Assembly (NCBI RefSeq): GCF_009914755.1
Contig: NC_060929.1
DNA length: 64,000 bases
Strand: one strand, 5' to 3'
From: the human T2T-CHM13v2.0 reference genome, Homo sapiens
Made by a program: the position numbers and the translations under genes. How positions within the stretch are numbered: the first letter of the stretch is position 1; each line of letters begins with the position of its first letter. Under the pieces are notes generated by a model. The model did not search any database. It saw nothing but the letters and a program-made list of their open reading frames with translations, and had not been told where the DNA came from. This document shows positions 12,601 through 33,059 of this stretch, piece after piece.

Positions 12601-15110
12601 ATGATATTATTTCAATTTTTGAATGTTTTAAGACTTGTTTTGTGATTTAACTTATGGTCTATTCATGAGCTAACAAAAAGCATATCTGTTCTGCAGCCAT
12701 TGGACAAAATGTTCTGTAGATACCTGTTAGGTCCTTTTGGTCTATAGTGCAGATTAAGTCAGATGTTTCTTTATTGAAAATCTGTCTGGAAGATCTGACC
12801 AGTGCTGAAAGTGGGGTTTTGAAGTTTCCAACTATTATTGTGTTGGGTTTCTCTCTCTTTAGCTCCAGTAATGTTTGCTATATACATCTGGGTGCTCCAA
12901 TGTTGGGTGCATATATATTTATAATTGTTATATCCTCCTGCTGAATTGACCCCTTTATCATTATGTAGTGACTTTCTTTGTCTCTTACAGTTTTTTGTCA
13001 TGAAATCGATTTTGTCTGTTATAAACATATCTATTCTTGCTCCTTTTTGGTTTCTATTGGCATGGAATATCTTTTTCCATCCTTTGTTTTCAGTCTATGT
13101 GTGTCTTTGTGGATGAAGTGTGTTTCTTGTAAGCAACAGGTCATTGGGTCTTGTTTTTTCATCCATTCAGCCAGTTTGTATCTTTTGATTGGAGAGTTTA
13201 GTCCATTTACATTCAATATTATTGATAAGTAAGGAATTACTCCTGCCATTTTTAATTAAAAAAATTTTTTTTGTGGTCTTCTCTTCCTTCTTTCCTTCTT
13301 TCTTTCTTTTAGTGAAGGTGATTTTCTCTGGTGATATGTTTTAATTTTTTGCTTTTTATTTTTTGTGTATCCATTGTATGTTTTTTGATTTAAGGTTACC
13401 ATGAGGCTTGCAAATACTGTGACATTTATAACCCATTATTTAAACTGGTGGCAACTTAACACTGATCTCATAAATAAACTAAAAAACAAACAAAGAGAAG
13501 ACCAATAAACTCTACAATTTAACTTCATCCCTCCACTTTTTAGCTTTTTGTTTTTACTATTTATATTTTTTGTACCATGTCTTGAAGAATTGTTTTTGTT
13601 ATTTTTGATGGGCTCATCTTTTGGTACTTTTCATACCACAATTGCAGTGTTTTAATATTGTATGTTTTTTGTGTACTTACTATTACCAGTACCTTTAGAT
13701 GATTTTGTACCTTTTGATGATTTGTTTTTTGCCTATTAATATCCTTTTCTTTTAAATTGAATAATCCTTTAGCATTTCATGTAGGACAGGTCTAGTGTTG
13801 ATCATGAAATTCCTCAGCGTTGTTTGTCTAGGAATTTCTTTATTTTTCTTTCATGTTTGAAGGATATTTTCACTGTCCATACTATTCTAGGGTAAAAGTG
13901 TTCTTCTTTCAGCTCTTTAAATGTCATGCCACTCTCTCCTGGCCTGTAGAGTTTCCACTGAAAAGTCTGCTGCCAGGCATATTGGAGCCCTGCTGTATAT
14001 TATTTATTTCTTTTCTCTTGCTCCTTTTAGGATCCTCTCTTTATCCGTGACCTTTGGGAGTTTGATTATTAAGTGTCTTCTGCTCTTTTTTTAGGTTAAA
14101 TCTGCTTGTTGTTATATAACCTTTTTATACTTGAATATTGATATATTTCTCTTGGGTTGAGAAGTTCTCTGTAATTACCCCTTTGAATAAAGTTTTTACT
14201 CCCATCTCGATTATTTTTTAACTTCCTCTTTAAGGCCAATAACTCTTAGATTTGCCCTTTTGAGGCTGTTTTCTAGATCTTATAGGTATGCTTCATTCTT
14301 TTTTATTCCTTTTTTTCCTCTGACTGAATATTTTCAAATAGCCTGTCTTCAAGCTCACTAATTCTTTCTTCTCCTTGATCAGTTCTGCTGTTAAGAGACC
14401 CTGATGCATTCTTTAGCATGTCAGTTGCATTTTTCAACTGCAGAATTTCTATGTAATTATTTTAAATTATCTCAATCTGATTGTTAAATTTATGTGATTT
14501 AATTCTGAATTCCTTCTCTGTGTTATCTTGAGTTTATTTGAGATTCCTCAAAACAGCTATTTTGAATTCTCCATCTGAAAGGTTACATATCTCTGTCTCC
14601 AGCATTGTTCCCTGGTGCCTTACTTAGTTTGTTTGGTAAGGCAATGTTTTCCTGGGTGGTTTTGATGCTTGGGGATTTTTTTTGGTGACTGGGAATTGAA
14701 GAGTTGGGTATTTATTGTAGTCTTGTAGTTTTGGCTTGTTTTTACCCACCATTCTTAGGAAGGCTTTTCAGGCATTTGAAGGAACTTGGGTATTGTTATC
14801 TCTGTTTTTGGTCACTGTAGTCATATTTTCATTAGGGGGCACCCCAAACCCTGTAATGTGGTGGCTCTCGCACACTCATAGAAGTACCACCTTGGTGATC
14901 TTGGATAAGATCTGAAGGAATTCTCTGGATTATCAGGCAGAGACTTGTTCTCTTTCCTTACTCCCAAACTTACTTTGTTTGTTTCTCCTAAACAAGCAAG
15001 AGTCTCCCTGTGCTGAGCTGCCTGAAGTTAGAGGAGGAATGGCACAAGATGCTTGTGGCCACCACCACTGGGACTGTGCTTGGTCAGACCTGAAGCCAGT
15101 ACAGCATTGA
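9640..15110 (-). mobile_element. L1MA (MA1-3-like) LINE, long, degenerate, with internal deletions
   Basis: L1MA-type 3' end (gatacaggcatataatgcgtaataatcacatcagggtaaatggg). ORF2 fragments include RT FADD (10974-11180) and the EN start LNVNGLNSPIKR (13031-13249). ORF1/5' region runs to ~15110. Confidence 0.9.
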
Positions 15111-15319
15111 GTGTTTTACATGGCAGCAGGCAAGAGAGAGAGTGTGGGGGTGCAGGAAAAACTACCGTTTATAAAACCATCAGATCTCATGAGAAATCGC
15201 TATCATGAGAACAGCTTGGGGGAAACTACCCCCATAATCCAATCACTTTCCTCCCTCGACACTTGGGGATTACAATTTGAGATGAGATTTGGGTGTGGAC
15301 ACAGAGCCAAGCCATATTA
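15111..15319 (-). mobile_element. 5' half of a THE1D/MSTA-like MaLR LTR
   Basis: Ends gagatttgggtgtggacacagagccaagccatatta, the antisense LTR start. The LTR 3' half is absent. Confidence 0.85.
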
Positions 15320-16794
15320 GGTGTTATATGGTATTTTATTATTATTTTGTAGGCATGTTCTTTATCTGTGTTGGGAAGAAATCTTATATAGGGTGAGGCT
15401 CAGCCATTTTGTATATGTTAAATCTAATGTAAAGATAATGCAGATAAACTTGCAAGGTATTTTAATGTATTTTACTTCCAAATTATGGGATGCTTCAAGA
15501 TAGCCTCTGAGCTCTATGAAAGCAGAGATTTTTACCTGTTTTGGCTGGGTTCTATCTCCAGGTCTAAGCTCTTGGGTTCTGTTCCTGAAAGACACCATAC
15601 CATGTCTTTCAGGCTGTTTTTATGCCAAATATCCTACTGTTTTCATCTAATTTTATGAAGCCAGTCCACTATAAAGAGTGATGATCACTATGATTATCTC
15701 GACATTGACTTGAACTACTTAATAACTTTTAAAAAATAGTTTTATTTTCCAGAGACAGAGAACTATTCTTTTAGTGGTAATCTCTTGGTAGTTCAGTTGT
15801 TAGAAGTCACTGTAAAATAACACCAACAAACATGGTTTTTACCAATCTTGTGCCATCTGGAATTTATGGATAAAAATTGTGGTTGGGGACATATCTTTGG
15901 CTTTAGATAAAACAACACTGTCAAGTTGAGTACTTCCCACTTCTTTGTAGTTTGTTGTTCATAGGATTTTGAATTATGGCTAAAATAAGTTTGTCTTCTT
16001 TAAGGAAGGAAAAGTAAATTGAGTTTTCAAATGTGAAGATTTATTCCATTTATAAAAATGTTCATTTGGAGCAAGAATTTTCTCTACCATTTTTTTACTT
16101 TCATCTCTTTTAACATTCATTGATCCTATTGAATTTTGCTTCTTATTAGTTTAACACATTAATTTTTCATTAATAACATTGTCAATGGACTCACTGATTT
16201 TCAAAATGATCTTTAGAAATTGTTTAGGAATGACGTAAAGCTAAAAAGTGTTAATTCTGAATCATAAGCCACATAATGGCATCTTTCTGTGCCCAACTTT
16301 GTAAAATCAAACCAAAATAAGATATTAAAAAGGGTGCTCTGTGTACACTAGAAAAGATTCATGTAGGAAAAGGTGCCTGGACTAAGATGTATAAGGCAGG
16401 CAGAGAGGAGAGAAGAAGGTTCTCAAAGTAAAGGATAGCTTAGGTAAAGATATAAAGTGGAAGATGGAAGTCTTTCCAAGAGATAATGACCATTCAGCTG
16501 CATCTAGACCAAAGGATTTTCACTGGGAGAGTAGGAATTAAGACCAGAAATACAGGTTGGGACCAGACTTTGGAAGAGTATGAGTATCATTGTGCCTGTT
16601 TTTATTTATTTACTTACTTATTTTCCTGAAGGTCTGTACATATGGAAGTAACATGTTCAACAAAAAGTTTTAGGAATATTAATTTGGTGAGGCATACAAG
16701 ATGGTGGGATGAGAGCAAGGGGATTGCTTCTTCCTTAATTCGGATTATCATAAAAATTGAGATGAAGGGAGGGGGAAGCATCATGGGAAGTGGG

Positions 16795-17247
<453 letters not shown>

Positions 17248-17307
17248 TATTACTTCTTATTATCATCATTTATTGGCAGATCAGGGGTTGTAGAACACTG
17301 TTACTAG

Positions 17308-17630
<323 letters not shown>

Positions 17631-17643
17631 AAAGAAAGTATTG

Positions 17644-17960
17644 GATGTAAGAGACAGATGATATCAAGGACTACTTGGTAAAGAGTCAGAGATGATGCTT
17701 AGTGACTGAGAAGAGTATTGTACATTAATGAAAAAATAGGAAGTCAAGACTGGGAGATGCTTTGGAAGTAAAAATGTATGCGTTTAGCTCTAGGAATATT
17801 GGTTGGAGGAGATATAGTACATGTAAGTGGAGATATTCAGTATCATTAACATAAAAGGCTTTGAGAGCAAGGTATGGAATAGAATGAGATTTTAATTTAG
17901 GGATTATTTGCATGGTAGGTAATTGAAGCCCTTTGCATTCTTGAGCTCTTGGGGCAATGG
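17644..17960 (-). mobile_element. L2 fragment
   Basis: Antisense L2-like motifs (catgtaagtggagatattcagt, ttttaatttagggattattt..ggtaattgaagcc). Confidence 0.45.
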
Positions 17961-18180
17961 GTATGGAGGGGAGAGCAGATGGGAAAACCATGCATATATT
18001 TGCTCCTTTAAATACTCTCCATCCTGTGCTCTGGTCCCTGTTTTGAGGAGGAAAAGAAACTGTTCTTTATAACTACTACCCATCCACCCACTTGTTTTTA
18101 AAATTCTGCCTTGAAATGCAACATTTCCTTCAACAAAACTTCCTTTCAGAACTTCAATCTACAGAATGGGCTTCATTTTT

Positions 18181-24668
<6,488 letters not shown>

Positions 24669-25099
24669 GGGCTTCATTTTTATAGAGGCATAGTATTAAA
24701 AGAGAGAACTTGCTACTTACTATGAATTTCAAAAGGGTAATGAGAGGGTCTTTTATCTCTGGATAGTTCCCTCTCCACTTCATTTGTACATGATGATTTG
24801 GAGAGTCTGGCACTAAACTTGTCTTGATTATGAAAAAGGTTGAGAACCATTCAGCCGATGTCACCCTGGGCATCAGATGTATATTGGAGTTCAAATCCCT
24901 TAGTCTTTGTCACTGAATCAGGACCATCTGGTAGGATTGTATAAGTTGTGCCCTGTCATTAAGACCCTTGATAATCTGACTCCAGTAAGTCTTCTCTGCC
25001 TTACCTTCTACATTTCTATATTCTAACCAAACAAGTCTGTATAATGTTTCCAGAACATACCGTGTACTTTCCTTCCTCCATACTTTTGACTCCTACATA

Positions 25100-25500
25100 A
25101 TAAAAAATACACGTTTAACTTTTGACTCGCAGAAATTAACCTCTAGTAACCTATTGTTAACCAGATGCCTTACCAATAAATAAAGTCAATTATCACATAA
25201 TTTGTATGTAATATGTACTGTCTTCTTACAGTAAAGTAAGCTAAAGAAGTAAAGTAAGTAAAGTAAAGTAAGCTAAATGTTACTGTCATTAAGAAAATAA
25301 TAAGGAAGAAAAAACATATTAATTAAGTGGAAGTGGATCACTATAAAGGTCTTCTTCCTCATCATCTTCACATTTAGTAGGTTGAGGAGGAGGAAGAGGA
25401 GAGAAGTTGGTCTTGCTGTCTCGGGGGTAGCATAGGCAGGGCAAAGTCTGCATATAAGTAGACCCTGCAGTTCAAACCTGTGCTGTTCAAAGGTCAGCTG
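25100..25500 (-). mobile_element. Tigger2a/MER28-type DNA transposon
   Basis: ttaagtggaagtggatcactataaaggtcttc..; terminus gttcaaacctgtgctgttcaaaggtcagctg followed by TA. Confidence 0.85.
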
Positions 25501-25629
25501 TAGATGCTAGTTAAAAAAGACACATATTCACAAAAGATACCTTTTTAGTGGAAATTCCTTTATTGACAACCCTCTAGTCATATATAATTCTGAGAAACAG
25601 CAGCATGAGTATTAGGCTACCAAGCAATT

Positions 25630-25962
25630 GGTTGTCTTTTCTAAACATAGTATGCAGTTTCCCACTCCTTGCCTTAGAAAATAATGTTCCCTCTGCCTAG
25701 AATATGCGTTGCCTCTTTCCTTGCCTGGCAACCTTCTAGTTATCTTTCAAAACCCCCCTTAAATATCATCACCTCTGTAAGGACATTCCTGTCCCCTAGG
25801 CAGAATTAGTCACTTCCTCCTCCCAATCTGCCTGTGTGAAAGCCCATATAGTACTCCTGTACTCCATTGTGAGGTCCCCTAAATAGGTGCCATCTGTTTA
25901 GCCCCAGCTTCAGAAGTGCTAGGTGCTCCAACCGTTAAGAGAATGAATGAGTTAATGAATAA
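25630..25962 (+). mobile_element. L2 3' fragment
   Basis: gttccctctgcctagaat..aaatatcatcacctctgtaagg..; ends gaatgaatgagttaatgaat. Confidence 0.7.
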
Positions 25963-26599
25963 TACAGAAACCCCAAAATGGTCAAAAGTCCAGATTTTTG
26001 ACAAGAATGATGGGCTAACATCCTTCCCTTACCTAACCATTTGCCAGTTGTGGTTTCTGTTTTGTATTATTTTAATACAAAATTAAACATTTGAAGTTTT
26101 ATTTTCAATGTTTGTCTTCCTAGGTCCTACTAGAAGACCATTTAATTAAAGGGAGGGCCTGAAGAAGGGGTCTAGGCAGTTTGCATTTGGGCTAATTAAT
26201 CCCTGATCTCCATACTAGAAGGTTCTCTTTAGTACTAATCATATTTTCTATCTGTAGGAGTAGTCTCAATAATCTGTACACAATTCATTCTATTGTTTTC
26301 CCTTCAACCAGTCTTAGAAAATGATTTGCAAGAATGTTATTATTTCCTTTATTCAGGGAAAAAGAAAACATGTTCTAATTCCCCAGTGGCATATACTATA
26401 TACAGATTTTAAGGTAGATACTTCTACAGTCAGAAAATAGATTAATACTTCCTAGCAACATACTGCAATGAAGTAGTAGCAATGACATTTTTGTTTTAAC
26501 TTCTTTGTTATTAACTATGGAAGTCATAATTTGATACAGATTTTTATTTAATTCCATGTTTTTGATATTCTTGAAAATAGTATTTTTAATTTCAGTTTC

Positions 26600-27980
26600 C
26601 AATAGATTTTGTTCCTGTTTTTCTATTTTTTTTATTTCTACTGTTTGTTATTGTCTTCCTTCTTATTTGCTCATTGTCTTCTAATTTCTTAAAGTGGAAG
26701 CATAGGAATTTTATTTGAAATATCTTTTTGAATATATACATTAAATGCCTTAAATTCTTCTCTAAACACTGCTTTGTGTCTTAGCTCAGGCTGCCATAAC
26801 AAAATACTTTAGACTGGGTAGATAACAGATATTTATTTTTCACAATTCTGGAGACTGGGAAGTTCAAGATCCAGGTGCCCCCAGATTTGGTTCCTAGTAG
26901 AGGCCCGCTTCTAGCTTGCAGAGGGCTTCCTGTCTGCATCCTCATGTGACTGAAAGAGATGGAGTGGAGTAGGGAGGGACAGGCTCTGTCTTCCTCTTCT
27001 TATATGGACACTAATTCCATCATAGCGGCCCATCCTCATAAACTCATCTAAACCTAATTACCTCCAAAAGGCCTCACCTCCAATGCTAAAACATTGGGTG
27101 TTAGAACTTCAACATATGAATTTTGGGTGGCACAAGCATTCAGTTCATAACACCTTCCAAAAGTTTGATATTTTATGTTTATGTTTTCAGTGAGTAAATA
27201 TTTATGTCAAAATATTTTCTACTTTTGTGATTTATTTTTGAACTATGGAATATTTAGAAGTGTGTAGTATAATTTCCAAATATTTTGGGTTTCTAATATT
27301 AATCTGTTGATTGTTAATTAATCTGTTAATTGATAGAAATCAATTGCTAATTGAGTTCTATTTTAATCCCATTGTAGTCTGGAATATAATTCCTATGATT
27401 TTAAACTTTTAAATTTATAATGATTTGTTTTTTGATCCAGAATATAGTTTATCTCAATAAATATTTCATTTATACTTAGCAAGAATATGTATTCTGTTTG
27501 GGGATAGAGTATCCTATAAATATCAATTAGGTCAAGTTGGTTGATAGTGTTGATCATGTCAGCCTGTATCTATTGATTTTATGTCTTACTTATTTTATCA
27601 ATTACTGAGAGAGGAATATTGAAATCTCATCTATAGTTGTGGATGTGTCTATTTCTCCTTTCAGTTTTTTTTTTTTCTGTATTTTAAGTCTCTCTTATTG
27701 GGTACATACACATTTAGCATTATATTTTTTTGCTGAATTGACCCTTTCATCATTATGTTACATACCCTGACTCCTGGTAACATTTCTTATTCTTTAGAGC
27801 CTCTACTTTGTCTGATATATAGCTTCTGCAGGTTACTTTTGATTTGTATTTGCCTGGTAAATCTTTTTCTGTTCTTTTATTTTTAGGCTGATCTTCAGAA
27901 AGTTTTTTATAGATGTCTGTGGTTGACTCTTGCTTTTTAAAATCTCATATAACAACTTTTGCTTTTTAATTGAAGCATGT
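26600..27980 (-). mobile_element. Ancient L1M (L1ME/L1M5-like) ORF2 5' fragment, interrupted by MLT1A
   Basis: T-rich antisense L1 EN-region motifs (tctaaacactgcttt, aagaatatgtattctgtt, caattaggtcaagttggttgatagtg, gaattgaccctttcatcattatg). Confidence 0.7.
26775..27151 (-). mobile_element. MLT1A-like MaLR solo LTR
   Basis: tgtcttagctcaggctgccataacaaaatac..aaacctaattacctccaaaaggcc..aagcattcagttcataaca. Confidence 0.88.
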
Positions 27981-28440
27981 AGATCTGTGCTGTCCCATAT
28001 ATGTGACTACAGTTGGCCCAACATATATTCAGGTTCTGCATCAGCAGATTCAACCAACCACAGATTGAAAATATTCAGAAAAAATTATAATACAACAATA
28101 AAAAAAAGCCCACAAATTTAAAAATACAGTGTAACAACCATTTATGTAGCATTTACATTGTATTAGGATTATAAATAATCTGGAGATGATTTAAAGTGTA
28201 TAGTAGGATGTACATAGTTTTCATGCAAATACTACACCATTTTATATATGGGACTTGTGCATCCTCAGATTTTGTTATCCACAGGAAGTCCTGTAGCCAA
28301 TCCCCACAGATAGCAAGGGACAACTGTATTTAAATGTAACTTAGTTAAAATTAAAATTTAATTTCTTAATCACAGTAGCCGTTTTTAATGATCTCAATAT
28401 ATGTGGCAGGTGGCTACAACATTGGACAGTATGGCTCTAG
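27981..28440. mobile_element. MER3/MER33-type hAT element split by MER2
   Basis: ctgtgctgtcccatat..gtgacta at left; tttaaatgtaac..gtggcaggtggctacaacattggacagt at right. Confidence 0.6.
28010..28326. mobile_element. MER2 (TcMar-Tigger) DNA transposon
   Basis: TA|CAGTTGGCCC...GGGACAACTG|TA terminal inverted repeats; gattcaaccaaccacagattgaaaatatt. Confidence 0.9.
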
Positions 28441-28675
28441 AACATAGGAGGGTTTACTGCCCCTTGTCTTGATGGCAGCTGAATGCTGCTTTGTGTCTGT
28501 AGGGGGTCTTGGGTCAGAGCAAACGCTTTCTTTTTCTCTGTGAAGGGATAGGGTATAGGAGGGCTTCCTGACCCTATGTCAGTGGCAGATAGTTTTAGCC
28601 CTATATCGAAATGTAGTATCTGGCCTGTGGCCCTGGGCCAAAGCAGTGCCTGCCACCAGTGGATAGTGTGAAGGA

Positions 28676-29381
28676 CTGCCTAGACAGAGCCAATTTATCA
28701 AGACAGAGGAATTGCAATGGAGAAAGAGTAATTCATGCAGAGCCAGCTGTGTGGGAGACTGGAGTTTTATTATTACTCAAATTAGTCTCTTCAAGCATTC
28801 GGGGATCAGAGTTTTTAAACATAAGATAGATATAAGTGGGGAGTGCTGATTGGTCAGGTTGGAGATAGAATCATAGAGGATGGAAGTGAGGTTTTCTTGT
28901 TGTCTTATGTTCCTGGGTAGGATCACAGAACTGGTTGAGCCAGATAACCAGTCTGGGTCGTGTTAGCTGATCCATCAAGTGCAGGGTCTGCAAAATATCT
29001 CAAGCACCGATCTTAGGTTTTGCAATAGTGATGTTATTCATAGTAATTAATAGTGATTTTATCCCCAGGAGCAATTTGGGGAGGTTCAGACTCTTGCAGC
29101 CAGAGGTTGCATGACCCTTAAACTGTAATTTCTAATCTTGTAACTAATTTGTTAGTACTGCAAAGGCAGAATGGTCCCCAGGCAAGAAGGGCTCTTTTCT
29201 GGAAAAGGCTATTATCTATTTTGTTTCAGAGTCAAACCATAAACTGAATTCCTTCCCAAGATTAGTTCACGCCCATGAATGAGCAAGGACAACTTAAAGG
29301 TTAGAAGCAAGAAGTCAGTTAGGTCTGATCTCTTTCACTGCCATAATTTCCTCGGTTATAATTTTTGCAAAGGTGGTTTCA
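28676..29381 (-). mobile_element. LTR8/LTR8A (ERV1) solo LTR, 3' tip missing
   Basis: Reverse complement starts TGAAACCACCTTTGCAAAAATTATAAC; ctgcctagacagagccaatttatcaagacag at the other end. Confidence 0.88.
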
Positions 29382-31329
29382 TTAGGAACAAAGTGCACTT
29401 ATGAATAGCCTTTCAGAACATGACATACTGGTAAACAGCAAAGCTTCAGTGTTTTCCCTTTAAAACTCAGGTGAACAGGAGAGTTTAAGAGAAGATTCTG
29501 AGCTTGTGGAAGTAGCACAGTTTTACAGATAAGAAAATGTTTTCCAGGATAAAGGTAAATACTAAATACTTCAAGGAGTTTTTTTTTTAGATTTCAACTT
29601 AAGAAAGACTGATTTGTGTTCATCCCCAAAACACATTTGTCTGCCCAAAGGGGAAAACGACCTGACCTACCTTAATTAAAATGGGTTCAGTGCATCCCTG
29701 TGCTTGTATTTAATGATTTACTAATAAGTGAGTTACAACATCTTTTTTACTTCAGATTAAGACAGTTTGTTTCGTCATGTTACCTTAAGGCAGTCTCTTT
29801 CCTCCATCAGCCTGTTGTTGCAATGTGGAAATGAGGGGTGTTAGATCTTTTTGTTTATTAGGAAAAGCTGGAAATCCCTAATTTTTTGAATGCCTGTAAA
29901 TTGTTGTAAATTCCTCTTCATTTCTTCCACCGTCTCTCTTACTCAAATTAAAAATAAATGATCCTAAGTATAGTTGGGAGTGTTAAAAAAGATAAATGAA
30001 AATACAATTTTATTTCTTGTTTTTCTCTGACAGTTACTACTTGGTTAATGATTGTTTTTATGGTTTTAGTTGAAAGGGCTACGTCAGTAGGATCATCAAA
30101 TCTGAGAGGTTTTTAACAAGGAAAAAGTGTTATTAAAATACTGAGACTATGAATTACAGTGTAATCTTCTTGAAGGCAGAGATTATGTTTTACATCTGTT
30201 CCCACAAGCACAGCACAATGCCAGGGACCCAGAAAGCAACCAATAAACATTTGCTTCAAATTGATTTTCTCAAGTGAGTAAATTGGAACTCCTGCTTTTT
30301 TGAAACAATACAGTCCTCATAATAAACAAAATATTTATACTCATTTTTTGTTATTATGAGGGCACTTTCTTTAACAAAGTGATTTTAAAAAGGGAAAATG
30401 GTTTTAGTTTTGTAATAGAGCATTACAAAAGTTAAAGTTGCATTATACTGACTGCGGTTTTGACTTTTGAGCCAAAAATGCAAATTTAAACCAGTTAACT
30501 CCAGAACATAGTACTCGGAGAAAAGGCAAAGGATTATTTGATTTCTGTAATACATATTTTACCAAGATTTTAAACTGTGCTTTATTTTCTGTTTTCTACT
30601 CGACTATCCCAGTAATATGATTTCCTTGCTTCCTTGCTCTGGCTCTTAAGTCCGACCTGAAAAAAAGCCCACAGTTTTGCAGGGTAGTGCCATTCCAGAT
30701 TTATGATTTTTATTTTCTTTTGGGCCTTCCTGGCCTTGGCAGTCTCTTTTTTTCTATGTCCAGTTAATTCTTGTCATTCATCTCATTGGGTGTTTTCAAA
30801 CTTCCCCAACTCTTCTCTGGTTTACGTTACAACCCCCATTTCCTACTCAATTATCTCCTCTCATTTACTTGGAAAAATAGGGACAATAGGCCGGACTTCT
30901 GGTAGACTTTGTGCCCTTGTATGTATCTCTGTGCGCATACTGCTGTGGTCTCTCAGCCTCCTTCCCTGCAGTCGCCAAGGAAGAGGTCTTTCTCTTGTAG
31001 TTCCCCACTAATCCTTCCACCTGCGTGCCTGATTATGTCCTTCCTGCTTCCTTTGAGCCCTAATTCTATCAGTTACTCCCTTTCCTGTATTTTTATCCTT
31101 TTCATCCCTACTGGCTCCTAGAAAATATGCTCAAGTTTCTGCTTTTTATTTATTTTATTTAACAAAAGCTTTCTCCAACTCTAACTTTTTTTATTGCCAG
31201 GTTTCTACCCAGAGTAGACTATATTTGCAACATCCACTTCACAAATTAGCTGGAACTGCCCATACCAAAGCCACCGACTGCAATTTAAATTGCTGTCTTA
31301 CCTACTCCTCCATTAATGACACAGCTCAA

Positions 31330-32022
31330 GCCCTCACCTAGAACACTGCAGATGTTTCTTGACTCATCCTCCCTGTCTTCAGTCTTCCTTTTTCCAATTC
31401 ATCTTTCCCACCACTGCAGGGTGATCTTTTAAAATACTCTTATGACAATATTACTCCTCTGTCCTTAAATCCCTTCAAAAAATCAACATTACCCACAAGT
31501 TGAAAAATTAAACTCCATAGAAGGGCATATGAAGCCACTAATGGTTTGATCTCTGGCTCTCCAGTTTTATCTGCTCCTGGTCTGTTATTGAGTCCTACCT
31601 ATAGATCCAAAAGTAAGGTGCTATTTCACACTTCTAAGACTTTTCTATTCAGTGTCCTCTAGTGGAGTAGTATTTCCTTGTATCCCTAGAGATCTCCTCC
31701 TTAACTTTCAAAGACTGTGATCCAGCATCCTCACCAGGCTTTACCTGACTTCTTTTCCCATCTTCTATTCCTTCTGAACCTATTAATATTATACTACCAT
31801 GATAAAGTTGACCTTTTCTTGGTGTTTTTACTATACAGTTTATGGATATTGCCATTTTTTTGTACAATTTATTGTAGATATTTGTTTTGAATGTTTGCCT
31901 CCCTTTCTAGACAGATCTCATTGTTGGGTAAGGAGCCATTTAACCGATCTTGACATCTGCCACACCTGGCATAGTGCCTTGCACATAACAAGGGCTCCTA
32001 AATGTTTGTAGAATGAGTGAAT
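31330..32022 (+). mobile_element. L2 fragment with 3' end
   Basis: ccactgcagggtgatcttttaaaa..; ends cctggcatagtgccttgcacataaca..taaatgtttgtagaatgagtgaat. Confidence 0.75.
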
Positions 32023-33059
32023 TTTAGCAAATATTAATTGGTTGTTCTTCTATAAGATCAGCATTATACTTTTAAATTTAGATAATAAGTTTTGGATTGG
32101 ATGTCTTTAGTATCACTGAACTTAGTGCTGGATGCTGTGTCATACAGTTTCAAGGCAATCTAAAGAATAGGGAAGATAAATTTGTAGCTAGTGACTTAAT
32201 AAGATGGTCTGTACGAATATGTAGGTCTTTTGTTCATATTGTCAAGTGTACCAGCTCATCCATGCATTCCTTTTTTAGTCAAATTGTACTAAACAGAGAA
32301 AAGATTTCCTGAGATGTATGATCCTTTTTCTCCTTGGCTTCTAATCTATCTTTCCTTCATTGCCATATAGCTGCCAGAGGACTTCATATACAATGAAAAT
32401 CTGATGATTTACTTTTCTCTTTATACCTCTTCAGTTCTTCTTTCCATTCACCTATATTCTCATCACTTTGTCTCCTACTTTACCAAATTTGAAGTCTTGT
32501 TATTGAGTAGACTTCTTTTGAGAGTTTGTGGTCACTTACAGAACTGCTCTGCATCCCCTTTGTACCTGCAGCTGATAACACTCACTATTCCCTACTCCAA
32601 GCATGTGGGTTCAACAGGATAAACATAACAGCACATTGGTAATGTTTATGTTAAATAAGCCAGTCTTGTCCAAGCATCTGCTGCACAGGCGCAGAAACAG
32701 ATAAGTTGTTTCAGCAATTGGCTGCCAGGGGAACAGAAGGGTTGCCACAACAAAGTCAGCAAACAACCCCCAAAAGTCTCTAAGAAGTGTGAACTCATGC
32801 TGCTGGAAAATAAAAATCAGTCAAAAATTTGTACATTTTGATGCTTGACCTTGACTTTGTTTCTCACATCCCTATGTAGAGATAGGACTATTTTCTGCAG
32901 CAATTGGGTTATCTTTAGATGAGTACATTTCAGATTCACTCAGCTTTTGAAGGAAAGTGTATTTGAAATCTCCCTGTTCTCTGGAAAGTTGCTTTGTCGT
33001 ATAGTTGGATTGTACTCCCTTTGGAAGCTTTGTCTTTTTGACTGACTTTGATAAGGTCA

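Noticed and set aside
15536-15584. Minus-strand 49-nt exon candidate (gtgtctttcAG .. CAG|GTAAAA)
   Set aside because: Overlaps an L2-like 3' remnant, with a short pyrimidine tract and mediocre donor.
25228-25278. agtaaagtaag repeats resembling a short array
   Set aside because: Slippage expansion within the Tigger2a fossil, with no unique spacers. No CRISPR-like array exists in this eukaryotic window.
29471-29554. + strand exon-like unit (aaactcAG|GTGAAC..AAAG|GTAAAT)
   Set aside because: Stops in all three frames and no partner + strand exons found.
30703-31121. Hydrophobic 102-aa and 70-aa ORFs resembling membrane or secreted peptides
   Set aside because: Explained by T/C-rich composition near L2 remnants; no recognisable domain or transcript signals.
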